In this document: piece by piece, positions 45,556-53,318 of the stretch
Numbering within the stretch: position 1 is the first letter of the stretch
How the letters are laid out: each line of letters begins with the position of its first letter
Origin: a virus
Lineage: Duplodnaviria > Caudoviricetes
Length of the DNA: 53,318 nt
Strand: one strand, 5' to 3'
IMG/VR virus record: IMGVR_UViG_3300037602_000009
Coordinates: 1 to 53,318 of that record
Made by a program: the position numbers and the translations under genes
The notes under the pieces: generated by a model
Seen by the model: only the letters and a program-made list of their open reading frames with translations
What the model was told of the DNA's origin: nothing
Database searches by the model: none

Positions 45556-45584
45556 TTTCGCGCCCGCGCCCGGTCGGCTAGTCT
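45556..45584 (+). promoter_or_regulatory. Putative sigma70 promoter
   Basis: TTTCGC-17 bp-TAGTCT directly before the AGAAATGGAGCAC RBS. Confidence 0.4.
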
Positions 45585-45607
45585 GGGCCTGAGAAATGGA
45601 GCACCGC

Positions 45608-47080
45608 ATGTACGTCCCACACACAGAACCTTTTCAGCATCAGGCTGAGCTGTTTGACCGGACCAAGGGCATGGAGAACTATGCCCTGTTCTGGGAGCAG
45701 GGCTGCGGCAAGACCAAGCCCACCATCGACACAATGGCGCACCTCTGGACTGAGGGTGAGATTGACGGGGCCGTTGTGGTCGCGCCCAACGGCGTTCACC
45801 GCAACTGGATCACTGACGAGCTGCCCACCCACCTCCCGCCCGAGCTTCAGGAGCGGATGAGGGCGCATGCCTACCACCCCGACACCCCCGGCGTGAAGTA
45901 TCGTCAGGAGGAGGTCCGGGAGACGATTGAGCACCGCGACTTCGCCCTGCTGGCCATCAGCTATGAGGCCTGGCAGACCGACATGGGCAAGAAGGCCGTG
46001 TGGAAGATGATGCGCAAGCGCAAGGTGCTATGCGCTCTGGACGAAAGCCACCGCGTCAAGACGCCCAGCGCCAAGTCCACCCGTTCGATCCTCGCCGGGG
46101 GCAAGCACGCGCCATATCGCCGCATCCTGTCCGGCACGCCGGTCCCGAATGGTCCGTTTGACATCTACAGTCAGGTGGCCTTCCTTGACCCGGACTTCTG
46201 GAGGCGTGAGCTGGACATCGACACCTTCACGGCCTTCAAGTCCTACTTTGGCGTGTGGGACACCGGCTATCGGTGGGACGGCAAGAAGCAGGTTGAATAC
46301 CCGATCCTGAGCTGCTACAACAACCTTGAGGAGCTGTACCGCTCGCTGAAGCTCATCAGCAGCCGCGTGACCAAGGATGACGTGCTGGACCTCCCCGAGA
46401 AGCTGTTCAGCAAGCGCTACTATGAGATGACCCCCGCTCAGCGCCGCATCTATCAGGAGCTGGAGGAGGAGTTCATGGCCTTCCTGGACAGCGGCGAGGT
46501 TGTGGCCGCCCCACTCGCCATTGTCCGGCTCCTCCGCATGCAGCAGGTCCTGTGCGGCTATGTCCCGGTGGAGGCCGGTCAGGAGCCTGTGGAGCTGATC
46601 GACCGGGCGAACAACCCGCGTCTCAAGGCCCACAAGGAGGTCATTGAGGACACCCCGGGCAAGGCCATCACGTGGGCCGTCTGGACACGCGACATCGACA
46701 TGGTGATGGATAGCCTGATCAAGCAGGGGCGCAAGCCCGTCCGCTATGACGGCACCTGCTCATCCGATCAGCTCCAGCGGGCCAAGGATGAGTTCAAGAA
46801 GGGCGATGCCACGGACTTTGTGGCCAACCTCGCGATGAGCGAGGGCTTGACTCTCAATGAGGCCAAGACTACCATCTATTTCAACAATAACTACAACCTG
46901 CGCATGCGCCTTCAGAGTGAGGACCGCAACCACCGCATCGGTCAGGATGACCATGTGACCTACTATGACCTGGTGTGCCCCGGGACCCGCGATGAGAACG
47001 CCATCGCCGCCCTAGTCAAGAAGCTGGAAGTGGCGCAGGTCATCCTCGGGGACAAGGCCAAGAATTGGATTGAATCATGA
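45608..47080 (+). CDS. SNF2-family (DEAD/H-like) helicase
   Basis: PFQHQ, EQGCGKT, LDESH, LSGTP, EGLTL and QSEDRNHRIGQ. Confidence 0.92.
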   Translation: MYVPHTEPFQHQAELFDRTKGMENYALFWEQGCGKTKPTIDTMAHLWTEGEIDGAVVVAPNGVHRNWITDELPTHLPPELQERMRAHAYHPDTPGVKYRQEEVRETIEHRDFALLAISYEAWQTDMGKKAVWKMMRKRKVLCALDESHRVKTPSAKSTRSILAGGKHAPYRRILSGTPVPNGPFDIYSQVAFLDPDFWRRELDIDTFTAFKSYFGVWDTGYRWDGKKQVEYPILSCYNNLEELYRSLKLISSRVTKDDVLDLPEKLFSKRYYEMTPAQRRIYQELEEEFMAFLDSGEVVAAPLAIVRLLRMQQVLCGYVPVEAGQEPVELIDRANNPRLKAHKEVIEDTPGKAITWAVWTRDIDMVMDSLIKQGRKPVRYDGTCSSDQLQRAKDEFKKGDATDFVANLAMSEGLTLNEAKTTIYFNNNYNLRMRLQSEDRNHRIGQDDHVTYYDLVCPGTRDENAIAALVKKLEVAQVILGDKAKNWIES

Positions 47081-47439
47081 CCGTCTATGTTGTTCAGGAT
47101 CACCGCAGATACGACAAGGACACAGGCGAGTATGTCAGTGTCCACGACCTCACCCCGGCGGAGGAGTTCGGCACGCTGAAGTACCTCCTCAGCCCGACCG
47201 CTGCCCCCTGGGCAACTGAGTCCATCATCAACGACCTCTGGGACGGTCTGGAGGGATTTGGCGATGACGACTATTTGCTGATGGTCGGCAACCCGGTCCT
47301 GTGTGGGCTCGCCACCGCCGTCGCCTGTGACGTCAATGACGGTCGCATCCGCTTCCTCCAGTGGAATGGCCGGGAACGCCGTTACACCGCTGTTGAGGCT
47401 CAAGTGTTCGACGTTGCGAACGCCCCCGCCCGGGGATAA
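47077..47439 (+). CDS. Conserved hypothetical protein
   Basis: VYVVQ...DLTPAEEFG...DDYLLMVGNP...LQW..RERRY. Confidence 0.8.
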   Translation: MTVYVVQDHRRYDKDTGEYVSVHDLTPAEEFGTLKYLLSPTAAPWATESIINDLWDGLEGFGDDDYLLMVGNPVLCGLATAVACDVNDGRIRFLQWNGRERRYTAVEAQVFDVANAPARG

Positions 47440-47442
47440 TCT
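47414..47442 (+). promoter_or_regulatory. Putative sigma70 promoter with CGGGGATAA motif
   Basis: TTGCGA-17 bp-TAATCT. Confidence 0.55.
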
Positions 47443-47468
47443 CTCACTGTAGAAAAGGAGCACCACTG

Positions 47469-48011
47469 ATGACTGGATATGAACAACTCGCCCAGCAGCC
47501 CCTCGGGGACAACATCCTCGCCCAGATCGCATCGACGGCCCGGGACATCCTGGACGCCCAGGAGGCAGTCCGCCTCGCTGAGGAAGCCCTGAAGGACGCC
47601 CAGGGGCGTCTCAAGGCCCTTCAGGAGGACGTCATGCCTGAGCTGATGAGCGTTGCGGGTCAGGAGGAACTGACCACCATCGACGGCCTCAAGGTGTCGA
47701 TCAAGGAGCTGGTGCGCGGCCAGCCGTCCAAGGACAATGAGCGTGAAGCCTTCAAGTGGCTCCGTGAGTCCGGCAACGGCGGCATCATCAAGAGCGAGGT
47801 CATTGCCGACCTCGGGAAGGCCGATCAGGAGGCCGTCCAGAAGGCCCTGGAGACGATCACCGCCGCCGGTCTGAAGGCGAAGGCCAAGCAGGGCGTCCAC
47901 TGGCAGACCCTTGGGGCTCTGGTCCGGGAGAAGCTCGCCAAGGGCGAAGTCGTGCCGCTTGACCTTCTGGGCGTCCATATGTGGAAGCAGGCTGAAGTCA
48001 AGCCCAAGTAG
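47469..48011 (+). CDS. Conserved replication-region protein
   Basis: MPELM...DG.KV...EAFKWLRESGNGGIIK...VHWQTL. Confidence 0.8.
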   Translation: MTGYEQLAQQPLGDNILAQIASTARDILDAQEAVRLAEEALKDAQGRLKALQEDVMPELMSVAGQEELTTIDGLKVSIKELVRGQPSKDNEREAFKWLRESGNGGIIKSEVIADLGKADQEAVQKALETITAAGLKAKAKQGVHWQTLGALVREKLAKGEVVPLDLLGVHMWKQAEVKPK

Positions 48012-48129
48012 TGGTCCCTGACCACTTCAGTTCCCGTCACCTGGGTTAGTGGTGAGAGGTTCATCTGCTGGATGAAAAGGGCGATGAGCCGGTGCCCAGA
48101 AACCGCCTCAATTTGAAGGAGACAACCAG

Positions 48130-48999
48130 ATGGTTGCCAAGAAGGAAACTGCCGGCACTGATGTTGCCGTGAAGGAACAGGCCGGGCTTCCGGCTGAGTT
48201 CGCGGGCCTGGAAGAGTACGCAGGCCAGGGGCTTGACGAGCTTGACAGCTCTGATCGCTCTGTACCGTTTATCAAGGTGCTGGAGAAGAACAGCCCCGAG
48301 ATTGAAACGGTCGCCGGTGCCAAGCCGGGTATGTTCATCAACACCGCCACCCAGCAGCTGTATGACAGCATCCGCTTTGTGCCGGCAACTCGTGAACATC
48401 TCTATGTCGAATGGGTCCCGGTGGACAACGGCGGCGGCCTGGTCGCTTCCTACGGTCTGACTGAGGCCATCTCGCAGTGGGCCAAGACCCAGCGCGGCAA
48501 GATCAAGCTGCGCAACGGCAACGACCTTGTTGAAACCTTCTATCTGTACGGCATCGTGATGCCCGAGGAAGGCGACGATGAGGCGGACCCGTACCCGGCG
48601 GTGATCAGCTTCACCTCCACCCGCATCCGTGCCTACAAGTCCATCGTGAACCGTTCCGACAGCATCATGCTGCGCAACGCTCAGGGCCGCAAGTTCAAGG
48701 CTCCGTGGTTCTGCCACGTCTGGCGTCTGACCTCTGAAAAGAAGGTCGATGGCAACCAGTCCTGGTACATCTACAAGGCCGAATTTGACGGTGCGAGCGC
48801 TGAAGCCGTCCGCCTGCCGGCTGACCACGAGGTTGTCCAGATGGGCGCTGAGATGGTCCGCATGAAGCAGTCCGGCGAGCTGAAGGTGAACGCTGAGGCG
48901 GCGGCTGGTGAACAGCCCGACCTCCCCGAGCGTGACACCGGCGGCGGTCAGCCCAACACCGGCGGCTACAAGCCGGATGCTGATGACCCGCCGTTCTGA
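48130..48999 (+). CDS. Putative single-stranded DNA-binding protein
   Basis: PFIKVL..NSPE, YVEW.P, aromatic-rich body and acidic DADDPPF tail; replication context. Confidence 0.65.
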   Translation: MVAKKETAGTDVAVKEQAGLPAEFAGLEEYAGQGLDELDSSDRSVPFIKVLEKNSPEIETVAGAKPGMFINTATQQLYDSIRFVPATREHLYVEWVPVDNGGGLVASYGLTEAISQWAKTQRGKIKLRNGNDLVETFYLYGIVMPEEGDDEADPYPAVISFTSTRIRAYKSIVNRSDSIMLRNAQGRKFKAPWFCHVWRLTSEKKVDGNQSWYIYKAEFDGASAEAVRLPADHEVVQMGAEMVRMKQSGELKVNAEAAAGEQPDLPERDTGGGQPNTGGYKPDADDPPF

Positions 49000-49026
49000 G
49001 GTCTGACCGCCCCTGAAGGTCAAACA

Positions 49027-49056
49027 GCCCCCGGGTCCCTGCTCCGGCCCGGGGGC
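49027..49056 (+). terminator. GC-rich stem-loop after the SSB-like gene
   Basis: GCCCCCGGG...CCCGGGGGC inverted repeat; no U-tract. Confidence 0.4.
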
Positions 49057-49069
49057 ACCTGTCTCAGAA

Positions 49070-50362
49070 ATGGAGAATCAAGTGCCTGAATGGTCCCCCC
49101 AACAAGACAAGGCCTTGCTCAAGGTCAGCCGGTGGCTTGAGAACCCGGGCGAACAGCAGCTGTTCCGCCTGTTTGGTTTCGCCGGGACCGGCAAGACAAC
49201 GTTGGCCAAGTACCTTGCCGAGGGCGTGAGCGGCTCTGTGCTGTTCGCCGCCTTCACCGGGAAGGCCGCCAGCGTGCTCCGGGCGAATGGAGCCCCGAAC
49301 GCCCAAACACTTCACTCGCTGATCTACAACCCCAAAGAGAAGTCCCGGCAGCGCCTCAACGACCTGAAGGCGGAGCTTGAGGACGTTCGCATGATGATCC
49401 ATGAGGAGCGTGCCGAGGCCGCCCCGGACATCCAGGCCGGTTACGATTGGAAGCCGCCCCAGCGCCTGACCGATCGGGTACAGGCCCTGGAGGGCGAGAT
49501 CAGGGCTGAGGAAAAGAACGCCAAGCGCCCAGACTTCAGCCTGAACCTTGAGAGCAACCTGCGTGATGCCTCGCTGCTGGTGGTGGACGAATGCTCCATG
49601 GTCGATGAAGACATGGCGATGGACATTCTGAGCTTCAAGGTCCCTGTCCTGGTCCTGGGCGACCCTGCCCAGCTCCCGCCGGTCAAGGGCACAGGCTTCT
49701 TCACTGACGCAACCCCGGACATCATGCTGACTGAGATACATCGACAGGCCCGGGACAATCCAATCATCGACCTCGCAACGCGGGTGCGCAACGGTGAGCG
49801 TTTGAGCCAGGGGTCATACGGTGAGTCAGCGGTCATCGGTCGCGCCACTCCTGAGCTGGCCCTTGCCAGCGACCAGGTGCTGGTTGGTCTGAATAAGACC
49901 CGGGTGTCAACCAACCGCCGTATGCGGGAGCTGAAGGGTTACACCGGCTCACCCTTCCCCCTTGAAGGGGAGAAGCTGGTTTGCCTCCGCAACGACAAGG
50001 ATCACGGCCTGCTCAACGGCACCCTCCACATGAGTTTGACGGACAGCGAGCTGTTGGGCGGATACGTGAACCTGCGGATCAGGCCCGAGGATCAACCGGG
50101 GGCAGAGCCTCTGCTCATCCCGGCCCACCCTGAGCATTTCGACGGCGACCCGGAGCAGATCGGTTATTGGGATCGGCGCAACGCTCAGGAGTTTACCTTT
50201 GGATACGCCCTCACCACTCACAAGTCTCAGGGCTCGCAGTGGGGCCGCGTCCTCATCATTGATGAGAGCGGGGCTTTCCGGGACCCGGGGACCCGTCAGA
50301 AGTGGCTGTACACAGCTATCACTCGCGCCCAGGACGTTGTGACGATTGTCGGCGGGAACTGA
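49070..50362 (+). CDS. RecD/Dda-like SF1 helicase
   Basis: GFAGTGKT, AFTGKAA, TLHSLIY, VDECSMV, GDPAQLPPV, EIHRQ, YALTTHKSQGS and YTAITRA. Confidence 0.92.
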   Translation: MENQVPEWSPQQDKALLKVSRWLENPGEQQLFRLFGFAGTGKTTLAKYLAEGVSGSVLFAAFTGKAASVLRANGAPNAQTLHSLIYNPKEKSRQRLNDLKAELEDVRMMIHEERAEAAPDIQAGYDWKPPQRLTDRVQALEGEIRAEEKNAKRPDFSLNLESNLRDASLLVVDECSMVDEDMAMDILSFKVPVLVLGDPAQLPPVKGTGFFTDATPDIMLTEIHRQARDNPIIDLATRVRNGERLSQGSYGESAVIGRATPELALASDQVLVGLNKTRVSTNRRMRELKGYTGSPFPLEGEKLVCLRNDKDHGLLNGTLHMSLTDSELLGGYVNLRIRPEDQPGAEPLLIPAHPEHFDGDPEQIGYWDRRNAQEFTFGYALTTHKSQGSQWGRVLIIDESGAFRDPGTRQKWLYTAITRAQDVVTIVGGN

Positions 50363-50591
50363 GATTGAAAAGGCTCACAAGGCGACGGCTCGGGCTTGCG
50401 GCCTCCTGGTGACCCTCATCGTCAAAAAGCGCATCAGCAGGGAGTTCCTTGAAGGTGCGCTTGAGCTCTTGGAGGAGGCTGTGGCCACCATCAAGGGAGT
50501 GTTGACCGCCTATCCCGGCGGGAGTAAAGTGGGGGTCTTGACCCCAGAAAGTTCAGGAGAAGACAATGGGACCACAGACGCGCGTGGGTGA
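50346..50591 (+). CDS. Hypothetical protein
   Basis: Fills the gap between helicase and RNR; TTG start, weak support. Confidence 0.4.
   Translation: MSAGTEIEKAHKATARACGLLVTLIVKKRISREFLEGALELLEEAVATIKGVLTAYPGGSKVGVLTPESSGEDNGTTDARG
50502..50530 (+). promoter_or_regulatory. Putative sigma70 promoter for RNR
   Basis: TTGACC-17 bp-TAAAGT, with a degenerate TATCCCGGCGGGAG box in the spacer. Confidence 0.6.
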
Positions 50592-52338
50592 TTACTTTCA
50601 CGCAATGAAGTACCGGGGCGACGGCGAGGACTTCCGGGAGGCGGTGAACCGCTTCAGCAGCGCCATGAAGGACAGTGACGAGCACTTCCACCAATTCCGC
50701 GACATCTCACTGGACATGCGTTTCATGCCCGCCGGTCGCGTCCAGTCCGCCATGGGCTCCATCCGCGCCACGACCCCGTACAACTGCTATGTGTCCGGGA
50801 CCATTGAGGACAGCTTTGTCGACGGCGAAGGGAACATCATGCAGCGGGCCACCGAGGCAGCGGCAACCATGAGAATGGGCGGTGGCATCGGGTATGACTT
50901 CAGCACCATCCGGCCCAGGGGGACGCTCATCCGCAAGCTCCAGTCTCACGCCTCCGGCCCCGTCTCCTTCATGGAGATTTATGACGCCATCTGCCGCTGC
51001 GTCGCTTCCTCTGGGCACCGCCGGGGCGCTCAAATGGGCGTCCTCCGGGTCGATCACCCGGACATTGAAGAGTTCCTCCACGCCAAGCAGAACACGGACA
51101 AGCTGACCGGGTTCAACATCTCCATCGCCGTCACTGACGAGTTCATGGAAGCGGCCATGACGGGCCGCACGTTCCATCTCCGGTGGGGCGGCGAGGTCTA
51201 CAAGGAAGTGGACGCGGCGGCCCTGTGGGAGAGCATCATGCGCTCCACGTGGGATTGGGCCGAGCCCGGCGTGTTGTTCATCGACACGATCAACAACATG
51301 AACAATCTGTGGTATTGCGAGACGCTCGCCGCCACCAACCCCTGCGGTGAACAGCCCTTGCCGCCGTTCGGGGCCTGCCTCCTGGGCTCCTTCAACTTGG
51401 TCAAGTACGTCAAGAAGGTCACAGGTCCCCGGGAAGTGATTCCAGGCAAGGCTCTAGGCTCCCTCTGGAGCTTCGATTGGGACCAGCTCAAGGCTGACAT
51501 CCCGCACGTGGTCCGTGCGATGGACAACGTGGTGGACCGCGCCCGCTATCCGCTCCCCCAGCAGGAGGCGGAGGCCAAGAACAAGCGCCGCATGGGCCTC
51601 GGGATGACCGGCGTGGCGAACGCTCTGGAGGCCCTGGGCTTCCCCTACGGCTCACCCGGTTATCTGGAGTTCCAGAGCAAGGTTGAGGAGCTGATCGCCG
51701 TGGAAACCTACCGTGCGAGCGCTGAGCTGGCCGGTGAAAAGGGGGCGTTCCCGCTCTATGACGAGCGCTACCTTGATGGCCGGTTCATCAAGCAGCTCCC
51801 CGATGACGTCCAGGCTCTCATCCGCAAGAACGGCATTCGCAACTCCCACCTCACCTCCATCGCCCCGACCGGAACCATCAGCCTGTGCGCTGACAACGTC
51901 AGCTCCGGCATCGAGCCGGTGTTTGACTACGTCACCGCCCGTCCGGTCAACACCCCCGGCGGCCAGGAGCTGGTTGAGGTGGAGGACTATGGCGTGGCCA
52001 ACTTCGGGGTCAAGGGTCGCCGCGCCAGCGAGGTCACGGCTCAGGAGCACGTTGGCGTCCTCTGCGTCTCGCAGAAGTGGGTTGACAGCTCCGTGTCCAA
52101 GACCTGTAACATGGACGGGTCTATGCCCTGGGCAGACTTCAAGGGCCTGTATCAGTCGGCTTGGGAAGGTGGGGCCAAGGGCTGTACCACGTTCAATCAG
52201 GACGGCAAGCGCATGGCGCTTCTGACTGGCAAGTCCGACAAGCCCAAGGAGGAGGACGGCGGCACCAACTCATACGCTGAGCCGGTTGCCACCTCCTGTA
52301 CCATCGACCCGGAGACGGGCCGCAGGGAATGTGCCTGA
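50566..52338 (+). CDS. nrdJ: Ribonucleotide reductase, class II (adenosylcobalamin-dependent)
   Basis: FMPAGR, NCYV, GGGIGYDFS, RRGAQM, ATNPCGEQPL, IAPTGTIS and C-terminal C..C pair; no small subunit in the genome. Confidence 0.88.
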   Translation: MGPQTRVGDYFHAMKYRGDGEDFREAVNRFSSAMKDSDEHFHQFRDISLDMRFMPAGRVQSAMGSIRATTPYNCYVSGTIEDSFVDGEGNIMQRATEAAATMRMGGGIGYDFSTIRPRGTLIRKLQSHASGPVSFMEIYDAICRCVASSGHRRGAQMGVLRVDHPDIEEFLHAKQNTDKLTGFNISIAVTDEFMEAAMTGRTFHLRWGGEVYKEVDAAALWESIMRSTWDWAEPGVLFIDTINNMNNLWYCETLAATNPCGEQPLPPFGACLLGSFNLVKYVKKVTGPREVIPGKALGSLWSFDWDQLKADIPHVVRAMDNVVDRARYPLPQQEAEAKNKRRMGLGMTGVANALEALGFPYGSPGYLEFQSKVEELIAVETYRASAELAGEKGAFPLYDERYLDGRFIKQLPDDVQALIRKNGIRNSHLTSIAPTGTISLCADNVSSGIEPVFDYVTARPVNTPGGQELVEVEDYGVANFGVKGRRASEVTAQEHVGVLCVSQKWVDSSVSKTCNMDGSMPWADFKGLYQSAWEGGAKGCTTFNQDGKRMALLTGKSDKPKEEDGGTNSYAEPVATSCTIDPETGRRECA

Positions 52339-52351
52339 TCTAAACAATTTT

Positions 52352-52391
52352 GGGGGTCGGTGAAAAAAGTTTCACTGACCCCCTTTACTTT
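52352..52391 (+). terminator. Intrinsic terminator after RNR
   Basis: GGGGGTCGGTGAAA-AAAG-TTTCACTGACCCCC followed by TTTACTTT. Confidence 0.75.
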
Positions 52392-52425
52392 GGGAGCGAA
52401 CGCAATTACCTTGATGTTATCCCCG
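52384..52425 (+). promoter_or_regulatory. Putative promoter with downstream TTATCCCCG operator
   Basis: TTTACT-17 bp-TACCTT, then TTATCCCCG at 52417-52425. Confidence 0.55.
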
Positions 52426-52457
52426 GTTGATGCGGGGCTGAGAAATGGAGCACCACG

Positions 52458-53318
52458 ATGACCACCACCTTCGACCTCACCGCAAATGAACTCAAGGCCG
52501 CCCTGGTCCTGGTCCGCGAATGCCTGAACGGTATGGGTGGTCAGCGCCCATCCGATCTGGATAACGACCCCTACACCTGGTGCGATGCTCAGACCCTCAT
52601 CAATGCGGGCTGGTCCAAGGAGGCGGCTGCCGGCACCTACGGCTCGCTGGCTGAAAAGGGCTTCATCTTCCTGGACCGTGAAGGGGACACCGTGTCCACC
52701 GCCGGTTATCAGTTCATCGACACCATCTGGGACGCCCAGACCGAAACCAAGGAGACTGAAATGACTGTTGTTCTCGTTGACATCGCCAACCTCAAGGTTG
52801 AGTTCCACGCCGATCCCGCTGCCGCTCAGGCCAAAGCCGACAAGCAGGACCTGATCTATGTCGGCAAGCCCGAGGACCTTGGGGAAGCCCTCACCGGCCC
52901 CCAGATGGTCGCCCTGTACAACGCAACCGCTGCTGAGCTGAACACCGGCCTCGCCCCCGTCACCCGCTTCGCCACCAAGGAAGCTGCTGTCAAGCGCACG
53001 ATGGCGAACCTCACCGACCTCTGGGAGCTGCGCCGCACGATGGAGAAGGCCCAGGCCAAGCCGGAGAAGGCCGCCCCGAAGGCCAAGCCCGCGACCGGCA
53101 CCGCCCCTCGCCGGGGGACCGGCATCAACCTCGCCCCGATGAAGAAGGCCTATGCCTGCCGCGCCGGTTCCAAGCAGGCTATCCTGGTGGACATGCTTTC
53201 CCGGGAGCAGGGTGCGACGATGGAGGAGCTGCTTGAGGCTCTGTCCGGCGGCTCCAAGCCCTGGAAGGAAGTCAGCGTCAAGTCCGGCATGAATTGGGAC
53301 ATGAACAAGGTGAAGGGT
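52458..53318 (+). CDS. Two-part early protein with C-terminal DUF3489-like winged helix (continues at 2-232; 321 aa in total)
   Basis: Open frame from ATG 52458 through the overlap to TGA 232; GSKQAILVDMLSREQGATMEEL; in-frame internal ATG 52761 with AAGGAG. Confidence 0.8.
   Translation, partial: MTTTFDLTANELKAALVLVRECLNGMGGQRPSDLDNDPYTWCDAQTLINAGWSKEAAAGTYGSLAEKGFIFLDREGDTVSTAGYQFIDTIWDAQTETKETEMTVVLVDIANLKVEFHADPAAAQAKADKQDLIYVGKPEDLGEALTGPQMVALYNATAAELNTGLAPVTRFATKEAAVKRTMANLTDLWELRRTMEKAQAKPEKAAPKAKPATGTAPRRGTGINLAPMKKAYACRAGSKQAILVDMLSREQGATMEELLEALSGGSKPWKEVSVKSGMNWDMNKVKG
53192..53318. repeat. Terminal direct repeat, copy 2 (assembly overlap)
   Basis: Identical to 1-127. Confidence 0.95.

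Noticed and set aside
45096-45581. 161-aa plus-strand ORF across the second duplicated element
   Set aside because: It overlaps a real gene out of frame, has atypical composition, and copy 1 of the element has no equivalent ORF.
48080-48110. GATGAG...GAAAC as a hammerhead ribozyme core
   Set aside because: It lacks CUGA and a convincing stem II.
1-53318. Integrase, repressor, tRNA, diversity-generating retroelement or intron
   Set aside because: No recombinase, reverse transcriptase, cloverleaf or interrupted core gene was recognised by eye. tRNAscan and HMM searches would be needed to confirm.

Overview
The window is an apparently complete, circularly permuted tailed-phage genome of about 53,191 bp. 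Bases 1-127 are repeated exactly at 53192-53318, which looks like an assembly overlap. The sequence is GC-rich, every credible gene is on the + strand, and no integrase, tRNA or CRISPR array is visible, so the phage is probably virulent. An alphaproteobacterial host is inferred from gene style only. One half (45.6 kb through the junction to 20.2 kb) is a YuA/M6/PaMx11-like early, replication and thymidine-hypermodification module. It encodes a dUMP hydroxymethylase, dCMP deaminase, P-loop kinase, two aGPT-Pplase1/HMUDK-helical paralogs, an amino acid:DNA transferase, an FAD enzyme, Nmad5, HD/MazG nucleotide sanitisers, PolA, primase-helicase, SNF2 and RecD helicases and a class II RNR. The other half (20.5-45.3 kb) is a contractile-tail (myovirus) morphogenesis and lysis module. 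Most notable: (1) the portal is fused to an Acb1-like 2H phosphoesterase (anti-CBASS) domain, with both a possible internal start and a putative protease site at the junction; (2) a ~215-bp gap-free duplicated non-coding element with phased TTAAG boxes sits at both module borders, 25,110 bp apart; (3) the hypermodification cluster has the flavin enzyme but no visible acetyltransferase, PLP or rSAM enzyme, plus a second AT-rich kinase-helical paralog; (4) there is a genome-wide promoter/operator motif (CGGGGATAA) and an extended-RBS motif (AGAAAWGGAGCAC); (5) the tail chaperone has an unannotated -1 frameshift extension. All family assignments come from motif recognition, not from database searches.
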